From: Candidatus Margulisiibacteriota bacterium
GTDB lineage: Bacteria; Margulisbacteria; WOR-1; O2-12-FULL-45-9; XYB2-FULL-48-7
Direction of reading: 5' to 3'
Length of the DNA stretch: 64,000 nt
Assembly: GCA_018822365.1 (NCBI GenBank)
Contig: JAHJKL010000061.1
Span: 13,242 to 77,241, forward strand
The translations under genes were made by a program, and so were the position numbers. Shown piece after piece: positions 1 through 8,371 of the stretch. The first letter of the stretch is position 1, and the number at the start of each line of letters is the position of its first letter. A model generated the notes under the pieces. That model did not search any database. It had not been told where the DNA came from and worked only from the letters and a program-made list of their open reading frames with translations.

Positions 1-412
1 CGACGTGGTGATCGGCAAAAGCGGGATCTCTCGCGTTATTAAATTTGAACTAGAGAGGATCTCGCGCTATACAGCTGATGGGATGATCTTTGCCACTGCG
101 ACCGGTTCGACCGCTTACAACCTGGCTGCCGGCGGGCCGCTCCTGGCGCCGCAGGCAACAAGCATTATCATTTCCCCGATCTGCTGTCATAGCCTCAACA
201 CCCGCTCCCTGGTACTGGACGGTCCGGCCGTTCTGCGGCTTACCCGGGGGGATGAAGTTATCTTGACTGCCGATGGCCAGCAAAAAGTGCCGGTCAAGGT
301 TGGAGATAGGGTAGTCATCAAGAGGGCAGCGGAAAAAACCAGGTTTATCAGATTGCGGGATTACGATTTTTTTGGTCGGGTAAGGGAAACCTTTGGCCTG
401 GGCGAGAATTAG
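1..412 (+). CDS. nadK: NAD(+) kinase, C-terminal part (gene starts upstream of window)
   Basis: The ORF is open at the window edge. It carries the conserved NAD-kinase C-terminal motifs (DGMIFATATGSTAYNLAAGGPLLAP, SPICCHSL...R.LVL). Confidence 0.8.
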   Translation, partial: DVVIGKSGISRVIKFELERISRYTADGMIFATATGSTAYNLAAGGPLLAPQATSIIISPICCHSLNTRSLVLDGPAVLRLTRGDEVILTADGQQKVPVKVGDRVVIKRAAEKTRFIRLRDYDFFGRVRETFGLGEN

Positions 413-657
413 TTGTTGAACTGGCCGCTGTTGAGCCCCAGCAGTCCGCCCAGGTCTTCGACCAGGACGATCGGGTGAGGGTCGGAAAGATTGGCTGCCG
501 CGGTGAATGGGAAGATCGAAAAGAGGGTGATCTTCCTGGTTTTCGCGTGGACGATCTTTTGGAAATAATTGAATGAACTGGTTTTTTCCAGGACCTCGAT
601 AACTTTTTGATTGTTCATAGTATTCATGGCTTTTCCCCTAAAAATAGCACTTGTCAC
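409..657 (-). CDS. hypothetical protein (possible C-terminal half of a frameshifted gene)
   Basis: An 82-aa ORF directly downstream of, and overlapping, the 638-829 ORF. No recognisable motif. Confidence 0.25.
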   Translation of the reverse strand: MTSAIFRGKAMNTMNNQKVIEVLEKTSSFNYFQKIVHAKTRKITLFSIFPFTAAANLSDPHPIVLVEDLGGLLGLNSGQFNN

Positions 658-829
658 TGATCGTGACAGTTTTGAGCTTGTTGGCTAGAATATCAAGAAA
701 AGGGGCGATAGGGAGCTGGTCTTTGCCGATAATAGTAGCGTCTTGAACGTAAGAGGCCCGTTTGGCTTTGTTAGGCCTGGTGATGAGGACAACATCGTAA
801 TTTTCTCTGCGGACATCTTCGTTGTTCAT
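638..829 (-). CDS. hypothetical protein (possible N-terminal half of a frameshifted gene)
   Basis: A 63-aa ORF that overlaps the next minus-strand ORF by 20 nt in a different frame. No recognisable motif. Confidence 0.25.
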   Translation of the reverse strand: MNNEDVRRENYDVVLITRPNKAKRASYVQDATIIGKDQLPIAPFLDILANKLKTVTISDKCYF

Positions 830-877
830 TGCTCTTTACCTCTCTCATATATATATCGGCAGGTTTAAAGGTAAATT

Positions 878-2098
878 TCAGGTTATTTGTCCAAAGAGGT
901 CGTAAGCGGTTGCCTTGGTGATAAGGGCTTTGACCAGGCTGCCCAGGGAGAGGGGCTTAGCAGACCTAAGGTGAAATATACCGTCTATTTCCGGGGCGTC
1001 GCGCCGGGTTCGGCCGAGATAGTTCGCCCCCTTTTTACTTTCGACCATGACCTCAACCTTTTGGCCAACCAGAGCGCGGTTGTTCGTCAGGGAGATTTTA
1101 GCCTGGGCGGACATGGCCAGCTGGCGGCGTTTTTCTCTGACTGTTAGAGGGACCTGGCCGGGAAGCTTGGCGGCGGCGGTCCCAACCTCGCGGCAGTAGC
1201 CAAAAACCCCGAGTTTCTCAAAACGAGCGGTTTTTATAAAATCGAGAAGCTCATTGAAGTCGGCCTGGGTTTCGCCGGGGAAGCCGACGATCAGCGAGGT
1301 GCGTAAAACTACTCCCGGAATATTCTTCCTCAGTTTGGCAAGAAGATATTCAAGGTCGTTCCGGTCGTAGCGCCGGTTCATTTTCTTTAGAACGGCAGAA
1401 CTGGCGTGCTGGACCGGGATGTCCAGGTATTTGACGATCTTTTTTTCGGCCGAAATCGTTTGGATCAGTTCGTCGGTGATATGGCCGGGGTGGGTGTACA
1501 TGACGCGGAGCCAGCGGATCCCCTTGGTCCTGGCCGATTGTTTCAGGATGGAAGGAAAGTCGGGGTGGGCGGTCGTATCCTGGGCGACAAAAATAATTTC
1601 TTTTGTCCCCCTTTTGGCCAGACCGGCGACCTCTTCTAAAATGTCTTTTTCCGGGCGGAGGCGGAGCTTCCCCCGAATGGTCGGGATCAGGCAATATGAA
1701 CAGCGGTTGTCGCACCCTTCGGCAATTTTAACGTAGGCGAACCATTTGGGGGTTGCTTTGAGCCTGGGGGTAGAACAGCTAAAGAGCCCGATGCTCTCAA
1801 CTTCACCGTCGATCGCCGGGAGCTTTAGATCGCCCACCTTTTTCAGCCATTGGGGGAGACAGCCGGCAATGTAGAGTTTGCGGCAGTTCCCTTTTTTCTT
1901 CCAGGCGGCCATTTCCCGCAGGACCTTGAGCGCTTCTTTCCGGGCCGGTTTTAAAAAGGCGCAGGTATTGACGATGATAATGTCTGCTTTGGAAGGGTCG
2001 GTGGTCAGGTCGTCCCCCCCGGCGGCTACCGAACCCATCATCACCTCGGTGTCGGCCAGGTTTTTTGGGCAGCCTAAACTGACAAAATGATATTTCAT
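878..2098 (-). CDS. rimO: ribosomal protein S12 methylthiotransferase RimO (MiaB-family radical SAM)
   Basis: N-terminal methylthiotransferase domain (MKYHFVSLGCPKNLADTEVM), radical-SAM CxxxCxxC (CDNRCSYCLIP) and a C-terminal TRAM domain. Confidence 0.85.
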   Translation of the reverse strand: MKYHFVSLGCPKNLADTEVMMGSVAAGGDDLTTDPSKADIIIVNTCAFLKPARKEALKVLREMAAWKKKGNCRKLYIAGCLPQWLKKVGDLKLPAIDGEVESIGLFSCSTPRLKATPKWFAYVKIAEGCDNRCSYCLIPTIRGKLRLRPEKDILEEVAGLAKRGTKEIIFVAQDTTAHPDFPSILKQSARTKGIRWLRVMYTHPGHITDELIQTISAEKKIVKYLDIPVQHASSAVLKKMNRRYDRNDLEYLLAKLRKNIPGVVLRTSLIVGFPGETQADFNELLDFIKTARFEKLGVFGYCREVGTAAAKLPGQVPLTVREKRRQLAMSAQAKISLTNNRALVGQKVEVMVESKKGANYLGRTRRDAPEIDGIFHLRSAKPLSLGSLVKALITKATAYDLFGQIT

Positions 2099-2174
2099 CC
2101 ATATATTATAACACCCGCCTCACCCAGCCTTCGCATTGGCGGATGGTGAGTGAGGTGCTATAATTTCGATACTT

Positions 2175-3215
2175 ATGGAACAGCTCCTCAAGAGCCGCTA
2201 CACTATCGGGGAGAAGATCTCCGAGAATAATTTTAGCGTCACCTATCGAGGGACCTATGTCGGGACCGACAAACCGCTGATCGTTAAGATCTACAAACGC
2301 GGCACCTTGAACTCCTCGCTGATCAAGGGGATGAAGTTTAGCGTAAAAGATTTTTCCCTTATCTCCCATTCTTCGGTCGCTAAAATGATCGATGGCGATT
2401 ACGGCTGGCAGGGGTTCTACTACATTCGCGAATATATTAACGGCAAAAGCCTGCGGCAGGTCTTAGCCGACGGTAAAATGGAAACGGAGCAGGCGCTGAT
2501 GATCGCCCAGCAGGTCCTGGCCGCTCTGGAAGCGACTGAAGCCAAGGGGGTTTTGCATGGCGCGTTAACCCCGGAAAATATTATCATTAACGACAAGGGA
2601 GAAGCTAAGATCACCGATTTTGTGATCAAGGGAGAGGTCAAAGAGGCCTTGCCGCAGAAGATCCAGGAGTTGTTGGTCGGCCTCCCCTACGCTTCACCGG
2701 AAAGCCTTGAGGGAGCCCCCCTGACGCCGGCCTCCGACCTTTATTCTTTCGGGATGATCTTTTTTGAAATGCTGGCAGGGCGACCGCTGATAAAGAACGG
2801 CGGAATCGCGGCCCATTTGCAGAAAATGAAAAGAGCGTCGCTGGTTAACAGGCCGGAACTGGCCTTTTTACCCGGCTATCTTGCCGATATTTTATTCAAA
2901 CTGCTGCAACGCGACCCGATCCTCCGGTTTCAATCAGCGGCGGTAGTTCGTGAGAGCCTGGCTTCCCAGTCCCTTCCTCTTCCGCCAAAGATCGGCGATG
3001 AATATCTAAAATTGTTTGAGGGGGTTGTGACCCAATATGGAGGAGAGGATCCGTCCCAGTCGCAACCGGCAAAACCTTCCGGCGAGACCAAGGAACAAGG
3101 AGAGCCGGCTTTGATGATCCCGGATAAAAAAGAAAGCCGGAGCTGGCTTTTTGCCATAATAATATTTATGAGCGTTGCGATCGGCGTGGTTTACGCCTTT
3201 TATTTGGGGAAATAA
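2175..3215 (+). CDS. PknB/PrkC-like Ser/Thr protein kinase homolog with degenerate catalytic motifs (predicted pseudokinase), C-terminal TM helix
   Basis: Kinase fold with the VAIK-type lysine retained (LIVKIYK). HRD is replaced by HGAL, DFG by DFV, and the Gly-loop is degenerate (SENNFS). The C-terminal hydrophobic helix is SWLFAIIIFMSVAIGVVYAF. An extended -10 box (TGcTATAAT) lies at 2155-2163. Confidence 0.75.
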   Translation: MEQLLKSRYTIGEKISENNFSVTYRGTYVGTDKPLIVKIYKRGTLNSSLIKGMKFSVKDFSLISHSSVAKMIDGDYGWQGFYYIREYINGKSLRQVLADGKMETEQALMIAQQVLAALEATEAKGVLHGALTPENIIINDKGEAKITDFVIKGEVKEALPQKIQELLVGLPYASPESLEGAPLTPASDLYSFGMIFFEMLAGRPLIKNGGIAAHLQKMKRASLVNRPELAFLPGYLADILFKLLQRDPILRFQSAAVVRESLASQSLPLPPKIGDEYLKLFEGVVTQYGGEDPSQSQPAKPSGETKEQGEPALMIPDKKESRSWLFAIIIFMSVAIGVVYAFYLGK

Positions 3216-3818
3216 ATGATCACAGGGTATTTAACCGCCTATTTGGTCTTTATCATAGTTGTTAGTGTGGTGATCAGCGTTCTTTTTCTTAGGTTAAAAC
3301 TGCCAGCGCCCAGGATTCTGATCCCATTGATCATATTTTTGATCTTATCTCCGGTTCTTGGCGGTTATTTGTATTTGACCTATTTTGATTCCATGCCGGA
3401 GATAGTCGTTCCCGACGTCACCGGTCTGACCAAGCAACAGGCGATCGTCAGGCTTGAAGAGGCCCAGCTCAAAGTTAATATTGCCGGAGAAGTAAAGCAG
3501 CCAAATGTTCCCGAAGGAGCGGTCGCTTCCCAGCGGCCGGAGGCGGGGCGTCGGGTTAAAGAGAACCGTGCCATTAGCCTGATGATCAGTTCCGGCAAGC
3601 AAAAAGTTCCGGTCCCTGATCTGGTCGGGAAAGAATTTAATCAAGCGACCAAAATGCTCGAGGCGGTTGGAATGGGTGCCGGGGATTTGAGCCATGAGAT
3701 CCATCTTGAACTGCCGGAAGGGGTTGTCCTGGCCCAGGAACCGCTTCCCGGCGAGATGTCAGCCATTGGAGAGAAGGTTGACCTGCTAATTTCAGTAGTA
3801 TCGGAGGAAATAAAATGA
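3216..3818 (+). CDS. membrane protein with two PASTA domains
   Basis: Two N-terminal TM helices followed by PASTA-like repeats (PDVTGLTKQQAIVRLEEAQLKV..., VPDLVGKEFNQATKMLEAVGM). The ATG follows the in-frame TAA stop of the kinase-like ORF immediately, in the same reading frame. Confidence 0.7.
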   Translation: MITGYLTAYLVFIIVVSVVISVLFLRLKLPAPRILIPLIIFLILSPVLGGYLYLTYFDSMPEIVVPDVTGLTKQQAIVRLEEAQLKVNIAGEVKQPNVPEGAVASQRPEAGRRVKENRAISLMISSGKQKVPVPDLVGKEFNQATKMLEAVGMGAGDLSHEIHLELPEGVVLAQEPLPGEMSAIGEKVDLLISVVSEEIK

Positions 3819-4465
3819 CGGTTAAAATCGCCCCTTCTATTTTGTCAGCCGATTTCCGGACGCTGGAGGCGGAGATCAAGAAAGTTGAAGCAGCCGGCGC
3901 CGACCTGATCCACATTGACGTAATGGATGGGCACTTTGTCCCAAATATCACGATCGGCCCGCTGGTGGTCAAAGCTTGCCGGAAGATCACGAAACTGCCG
4001 CTTGATGTCCATCTGATGATCGAGAATCCGGACCGTTTTATTCCTGACTTTGCTAAAGCGGGCGCGGATATTATTACGATCCATGTTGAAGCGGCAAAGA
4101 GCCTGGATAGCGATATCGAGCTGATCAGGCAGAACAATGCCAAACCAGGGGTGGTGGTTAATCCGGCATCCCCGGTGGAGTCGATCTTTCACGTGCTCGA
4201 CAAAGTGGTCATGGTTCTTTTAATGTCGGTCAATCCCGGTTTTGAAGGGCAAAAATTTATGCCAGAAGTCTTGCCTAAGATCAAAGCGCTTAAGTCGGAA
4301 ATTGTTGATCGTCAGTTGTCGGTTGATATTGAAGTCGATGGCGGTATTAATCCAGAGACCGCCAAAGAGGTGGTTAAAGCCGGGGCCAATGTTTTAGTCG
4401 CCGGTTCGGCGATCTTTTACGCCGCCGATCCTAAGCAGGCAATATGTGGACTGAAGACGATATAA
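3815..4465 (+). CDS. rpe: ribulose-phosphate 3-epimerase
   Basis: Full-length match to the Rpe family (HIDVMDGHFVPN, metal-binding His/Asp). Same prkC-rpe gene order as in Firmicutes. Confidence 0.9.
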   Translation: MTVKIAPSILSADFRTLEAEIKKVEAAGADLIHIDVMDGHFVPNITIGPLVVKACRKITKLPLDVHLMIENPDRFIPDFAKAGADIITIHVEAAKSLDSDIELIRQNNAKPGVVVNPASPVESIFHVLDKVVMVLLMSVNPGFEGQKFMPEVLPKIKALKSEIVDRQLSVDIEVDGGINPETAKEVVKAGANVLVAGSAIFYAADPKQAICGLKTI

Positions 4466-5535
4466 GGTTCATGCGCGAAGTGATTGACCTGGCCAAGTCG
4501 GCCGAAGGGCGAACCACCCCCGACCCAATGGTCGGTGCCGTTTTGGTCAAGGAAGGCCGGATCGTCTCCATGGGATATCACGGCGAAGTTGCCACCCCGC
4601 ACGCAGAAGCCTGGGCGATCGACAAAGCCGGCCTTGACGCTAAAGGAGCGACCCTCTACGTCAATCTTGAGCCCTGCTCCCATTTTGGCAACAATCCTCC
4701 CTGTGCCGACCGGATAATCAACGCAGGAATTAAAAAAGTATATATAGCGACGAAAGATCCCAATCCACTGGTCAATGGCCGCGGGATCAGGAAAATGATC
4801 AAGCACGGGATCAAAGTACAGGTTGGCCTGCTCGAAGACGAAGCAATAAAATTGAACGAGGTGTTTATTAAATATATTACCACCGGGCTTCCCTTTGTGG
4901 TGATGAAGACCGCTATAACCCTGGACGGAAAGATCGCTACCCGGACCGGCGCGAGCCGCTGGGTCGCAGGCCCTGCCTCTCTTCGCTACGCTCACCATCT
5001 CCGCAATCTTTACGACGCGATCCTGGTTGGGGTTGGAACGGTTTTGATCGACAACCCCAAACTTAATGTCCGACGGGTAAAAAAAGTTAAGGACCCGATC
5101 CGCATCGTGCTTGATACGATGGCCAGGACACCGCTTAAGGCCGATATCCTTTTCAAAGGCCAGCGGACGATCATTGCGGTTGGGCCAAAAGCCCCAGCTG
5201 CCAGGGTTAACGCTCTTCAGAAAAAAGGGGCGGAGATCATCAGCCTGCCGGTCAGCGGCGGGCATATTAGTGTTAAGGCGCTAGTGAAGAAACTTGGCGA
5301 AATGAAGATGACCAGTCTCCTGATCGAAGGAGGAGGGGAGGTTTATGCCTCGTTCCTGGAAGCCGGACTGGTTGATAAGGCCTTCTTTTTTATCGTTCCC
5401 AAGATCTTTGGCGGCCGCGACGCTAAAACGTCGGTCGAAGGGAAAGGGGTTTCCCTCCCCGCGCAAGCCAAATGGCTGAAGAATGTTCATGTGGAGAGGG
5501 TGGAAGAGGATATATTGGTTAGTGGGTATTTTTAG
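4444..5535 (+). CDS. ribD: bifunctional riboflavin biosynthesis deaminase/reductase RibD
   Basis: CMP/dCMP-type deaminase zinc motif (HAE...EPCSHFGNNPPC) followed by a RibD reductase domain. Confidence 0.85.
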   Translation: MWTEDDIRFMREVIDLAKSAEGRTTPDPMVGAVLVKEGRIVSMGYHGEVATPHAEAWAIDKAGLDAKGATLYVNLEPCSHFGNNPPCADRIINAGIKKVYIATKDPNPLVNGRGIRKMIKHGIKVQVGLLEDEAIKLNEVFIKYITTGLPFVVMKTAITLDGKIATRTGASRWVAGPASLRYAHHLRNLYDAILVGVGTVLIDNPKLNVRRVKKVKDPIRIVLDTMARTPLKADILFKGQRTIIAVGPKAPAARVNALQKKGAEIISLPVSGGHISVKALVKKLGEMKMTSLLIEGGGEVYASFLEAGLVDKAFFFIVPKIFGGRDAKTSVEGKGVSLPAQAKWLKNVHVERVEEDILVSGYF

Positions 5536-5595
5536 TCGACCGATATTTGGCTTCATGTGTTGCCCATCCCTTACAAGTCAAAAACAATAAATGCC

Positions 5596-5625
5596 TTGAC
5601 AGGTAGTTGTAGCAACATGTATAAT
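5596..5625 (+). promoter_or_regulatory. sigma70-type promoter of the vapBC operon
   Basis: Consensus TTGACA (5596-5601), an 18-nt spacer, then TATAAT (5620-5625). The spacer holds a GTTG-N3-CAAC inverted repeat (5606-5616), a possible autoregulatory operator. Confidence 0.55.
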
Positions 5626-5658
5626 CGTTTTAAGGTTTACCAGGGGGGAGGAAAAGCA

Positions 5659-5895
5659 ATGACGATAGAGACAACGGTCTCCAAAAGAGGGCAGACGGCT
5701 GTTCCGGCGGAAATATGTAAAAAGTATAATATTAAGGCGGGGCAGAAAATCGCCTGGTTGGATTTAGGCAGTATGGTCACAATTTTGCCCTTGCCGGAAA
5801 ACCCGATCAAGGCTTTTCGCGGAAGTTCAAAAGGGATGTTAAAGACCTTAATGGAAGAAAGAAAGAAGGAACGGGAAAGGGAACGTGGAAAATAA
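5659..5895 (+). CDS. vapB: AbrB/MazE-family antitoxin (VapB-like)
   Basis: SpoVT/AbrB-type swapped-hairpin N-terminus (MTIETTVSKRGQTAVPAEICKKYNIKAGQKIAW). A G-rich RBS precedes the start. It overlaps the downstream PIN gene. Confidence 0.6.
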   Translation: MTIETTVSKRGQTAVPAEICKKYNIKAGQKIAWLDLGSMVTILPLPENPIKAFRGSSKGMLKTLMEERKKERERERGK

Positions 5896-6295
5896 CTATG
5901 TTTTGGACACCTCGGCTATTTTTTGTTTGAAGGATGACGCCCCTGGTGCGGAAAAAGTTGAAGCCATCCTCTCGACCGCCCATCGCCGACGGCAGAAGGT
6001 TATTATTTCTTTTATGACGGCGATGGAATATCTTTATATCAATTTAATGCGACATGGGGAGGAAGCGGGCCATAAAGCTTATCTTGAATTAACGCTGTTG
6101 CCGATAGAAATTGTTGAAAGTGACGAGGATTTGCGATTAATCGCGGCCGAGCTAAAAGCGGCGCATAATATCTCTTTAGCGGACTCTTGGATAGCGGCAA
6201 CGGCCAAAAAGCATAACGCGACTTTGGTCCATCGGGACCCAGAGTTTGAGCCGCTAAAAAAGAGCCTTGATTCTTTGATTTTGCCTTATAAATAG
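5885..6295 (+). CDS. vapC: PIN-domain ribonuclease toxin (VapC-like)
   Basis: N-terminal PIN motif (VLDTSAIF) with conserved acidic residues. GTG start overlapping vapB by 11 nt. Confidence 0.7.
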   Translation: MENNYVLDTSAIFCLKDDAPGAEKVEAILSTAHRRRQKVIISFMTAMEYLYINLMRHGEEAGHKAYLELTLLPIEIVESDEDLRLIAAELKAAHNISLADSWIAATAKKHNATLVHRDPEFEPLKKSLDSLILPYK

Positions 6296-6381
6296 AAGAT
6301 ATTTTAGTTGCAGAGCAATTTAGTCGCCTTTATTGGTTTTCCCCCTGTACGTATTTAACTTTTTTGCACTCTTTTACGCCT

Positions 6382-6419
6382 TGTCCATTTTCTTTGTCCG
6401 GCAACAAAGAAAATGGACG
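6382..6419. repeat. 16-bp stem / 6-nt loop hairpin in an AT-rich non-coding region
   Basis: TGTCCATTTTCTTTGT-CCGGCA-ACAAAGAAAATGGACG, perfect apart from a terminal U-G pair. No flanking T-run. Confidence 0.6.
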
Positions 6420-6434
6420 AAAAGAAAATGCCTC

Positions 6435-6471
6435 GCGCATTTCGATTTTTCTTAAGGTAGGCGAAATGCGC
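6435..6471. repeat. 10-bp stem / 17-nt loop inverted repeat
   Basis: GCGCATTTCG ... CGAAATGCGC. Confidence 0.5.
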
Positions 6472-6711
6472 AGAACACGCTGAATTTATACGACGCAATT
6501 TGCACGATTAATGAGTAAAGCTTTCAAGCGGGTCTTTCGGTTGGAAGGACAGACATTTTTGTCCCTATTGGTTACGGTGCATTTTAAGGTCAATAAGCCT
6601 TCAATGGTTTTCTACTTAGGCATGGCATGTTTGAAAAACAGGAATAAAATCAAATGTGGCATTTTGTGATAGAATTATTTAAGAAGTATTAGCCGTGGCA
6701 AGGAGTGAAAT

Positions 6712-6984
6712 ATGTATCAAGTAATATTTAAGCTTGACGGCGTAACCATTGATAACATTCAATTAGGCATTAAGAGTAACGATGAAATACCTCGTATTTT
6801 TAATGAACTTAGGAAAATTAGCGATGTTGAGGTGATAGACAAAGAAGAAGATATTAAGAAATATGTGGAGGACATGGACAGGAATCATTTTCAAACTAAC
6901 CTCCCTATTTTTATAGGATTAAAAAACTTAGGTAGTACGATTGAAAAAATAGGAAATGAAATTAAGAATACATTTCAAATTTAA
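6712..6984 (+). CDS. hypothetical small protein (90 aa), AT-rich
   Basis: ATG preceded by an AAGGAG RBS (6699-6704). Low-GC composition unlike the core genes. No recognisable domain. Confidence 0.4.
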   Translation: MYQVIFKLDGVTIDNIQLGIKSNDEIPRIFNELRKISDVEVIDKEEDIKKYVEDMDRNHFQTNLPIFIGLKNLGSTIEKIGNEIKNTFQI

Positions 6985-7050
6985 TGGCTTTTAGTTGTTG
7001 TTCTAATGTTGGCCGACTCTCGACGGCAAAACGATGGTATAATAAACTAA

Positions 7051-8322
7051 ATGTGTTACGCTATCCCCGGGAAGGTCACAGAGATTAATGGAAAAACGGT
7101 CACCGTTGACTACTTTGGCGAGAAAAAAACCGCTATCAACGAGCTTTCAAAAATTAAAATTGGCGACTATGTTTTTGCCCAGGGTGGTTTTGTTATTTCC
7201 CCTGTTGCGGAAAAAGAAGCGCTTGAAACGCTAGAAGCCTGGCAAGAACTTTTTTTTGCCTTGAAAGAGACCGATATGCGAATGTCTCGCCTGACAAGAG
7301 GGGCCATAGGGGTTGATAAAAAGTTTAGCGCCATTCTCGATAAAGCGGCCGAAGGGAGAGAACTGAAACGCGAAGAACTATTGACCCTCCTTAAAACTGA
7401 AGATCCGGCCGAACAAGAGCTTCTATATAAGACCGCCAACTTCCTCCGCCAAAAATACTTGTCCAACTCGTGTTGTGTTCACGGGATAATCGAATTCTCC
7501 AGTTACTGCCAAAACGATTGCGCCTATTGCGGGATCCGCCGGAGCAATACGATGCTGAAACGCTACCGGATGAGCGACGACGATATTTTAAGGGCGGCAG
7601 GCGAAGCGATCGAAAAGTATGGCTTTAAGGCGCTGGTCCTCCAAGCGGGTGAGGACCCTGAATATACGATTGAGCGCCTGGTCGCGCTGATCAAAGAGAT
7701 AAAGCGGCGCCATGCCGTCCTGATCTTTATCTCGGTTGGCGAGGTCGGCAAAGAAGGGCTAGCCGCATTGTACGAAGCGGGAGCGCGAGGCTTGTTGATG
7801 AGATTTGAAACCAGCAACCCCCAGCTTTACGAGAACCTCCACCCAGGAGACAAACTGCAGGACCGGATCGATGCACTAAAACATGCTTATGAAATTGGTT
7901 ATCTTATCTTGACCGGCGGGTTGATCGGTCTGCCGGCCCAAACCGATGAAGACCTGCTAAACGATATATTGCTTACTAAGGAGCTCCATGCTGAAATGTT
8001 CTCCTTTGGACCGGTCCTGCCGGAAGGGCCAAAGACCAGCCTGGTGCTTAAAACCTTGGCGGTGGCGAGGATCGTTGATCCGGTCAACGCCAAGATCCTG
8101 GTTACGACCGGCTTTGAAACGCTCGACCAAGAGGCGCGGCGTTTTGGTTTGTTGGCGGGATGTAATTCGGTTATGTTGAACGTTACTCCGATGAAATATC
8201 GGAAACTCTACAGCATTTATCCCGATCGGGCGCATGTTGAGGAAGAGATTGGCGCGCAGATCAAAGAAACCTTGGACCTTTTGCAATCACTAGGTCGGGC
8301 GCCGACTGATTTGGGGATTTAA
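7051..8322 (+). CDS. HypC/HupF-like domain fused to [FeFe]-hydrogenase maturase HydE-like radical SAM enzyme
   Basis: The N-terminal 75 aa match HypC (MCYAIPGKV...VDYFG...GDYVFAQGGFVIS..EKEALETLEAWQEL). The remainder carries HydE signatures (IIEFSSYCQNDCAYCGIRRSN, LKRYRM, VLQAGEDP, LMRFETSNP, LIGLPAQTDEDL, NVTPMKYRKLYSIYP, LGRAP). Confidence 0.8.
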   Translation: MCYAIPGKVTEINGKTVTVDYFGEKKTAINELSKIKIGDYVFAQGGFVISPVAEKEALETLEAWQELFFALKETDMRMSRLTRGAIGVDKKFSAILDKAAEGRELKREELLTLLKTEDPAEQELLYKTANFLRQKYLSNSCCVHGIIEFSSYCQNDCAYCGIRRSNTMLKRYRMSDDDILRAAGEAIEKYGFKALVLQAGEDPEYTIERLVALIKEIKRRHAVLIFISVGEVGKEGLAALYEAGARGLLMRFETSNPQLYENLHPGDKLQDRIDALKHAYEIGYLILTGGLIGLPAQTDEDLLNDILLTKELHAEMFSFGPVLPEGPKTSLVLKTLAVARIVDPVNAKILVTTGFETLDQEARRFGLLAGCNSVMLNVTPMKYRKLYSIYPDRAHVEEEIGAQIKETLDLLQSLGRAPTDLGI

Positions 8323-8371
8323 TCTTTTAGATTAAAAGAAATGACCTCTAATTATAAAAATAATATCCCCC

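Noticed and set aside
2106-2369. 87-aa minus-strand ORF spanning the rimO/pseudokinase intergenic promoter and kinase N-terminus
   Set aside because: It overlaps a promoter and the 5' end of a well-supported kinase-like gene. Judged spurious.
5606-5616. GTTG-N3-CAAC inverted repeat in the vapBC promoter spacer as a separate operator feature
   Set aside because: It is only 4-bp half-sites, too short to call confidently. It is noted within the promoter feature instead.
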